Shown here: positions 63,980-64,000 of the stretch, piece by piece
How the letters are laid out: each line of letters starts with the position of its first letter
Position numbering within the stretch: position 1 is the stretch's first letter
Source of the DNA: an uncultured Eubacteriales bacterium
GTDB lineage: Bacteria > Bacillota > Clostridia > Christensenellales > CAG-138
Length of the DNA: 64,000 bases
Assembly: GCA_900545265.1 (NCBI GenBank)
Contig: UQYI01000006.1
Location: 9,922 to 73,921, forward strand
Direction of reading: 5' to 3'
Position numbers and translations under genes: made by a program
Notes under the pieces: model-generated
The model's input: only the letters and a program-made list of their open reading frames with translations
What the model was told of the DNA's origin: nothing
The model's database searches: none

Positions 63980-64000
63980 AAGGGGGATTAACCAATGTTT

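Overview
This is a high-GC (roughly 60% by eye) Firmicutes/Clostridia-type chromosomal segment from the replication-origin neighbourhood. I cannot assign a species.

Core content:
- The 3' part of dnaN, engB, mnmG-rsmG, and soj/parA-spo0J/parB with three consensus parS sites.
- Housekeeping and envelope genes: mreB, murC, ftsA, leuS and prmA-rsmE-mtaB-hit.
- A tightly packed opp-tldD-pmbA-transglutaminase-like operon, a two-component system, a MATE pump and a YtrA-type GntR/ABC module.

Accessory or unusual content:
1. Eleven copies of two related families of ~85-nt GC-rich intergenic repeats. Each folds as a closed three-hairpin cloverleaf (four-way junction), with stems conserved and loops hypervariable. 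GTATAC sits about 7 nt outside the structure. I do not recognise this as a named repeat family.
2. A cluster of four same-orientation DnaA boxes at 28.39 kb, about 28 kb from dnaN.
3. An orphan phage head-packaging block (terS-terL-portal-scaffold) plus a 58-codon stump of a major capsid gene that is absent from the ORF track (15.3-19.3 kb).
4. A clearly AT-richer ~3.7 kb island (58.9-62.5 kb). It carries four exported or membrane proteins of unknown function and several odd palindromes, and ends in a chimeric IS21-transposase/serine-recombinase pseudogene.

I saw no rRNA, tRNA or CRISPR. Many long ORFs in the track are antisense shadows typical of high-GC DNA.

All coordinates of non-ORF elements were read by hand and may be off by 1-2 nt. 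No searches or folding programs were run.
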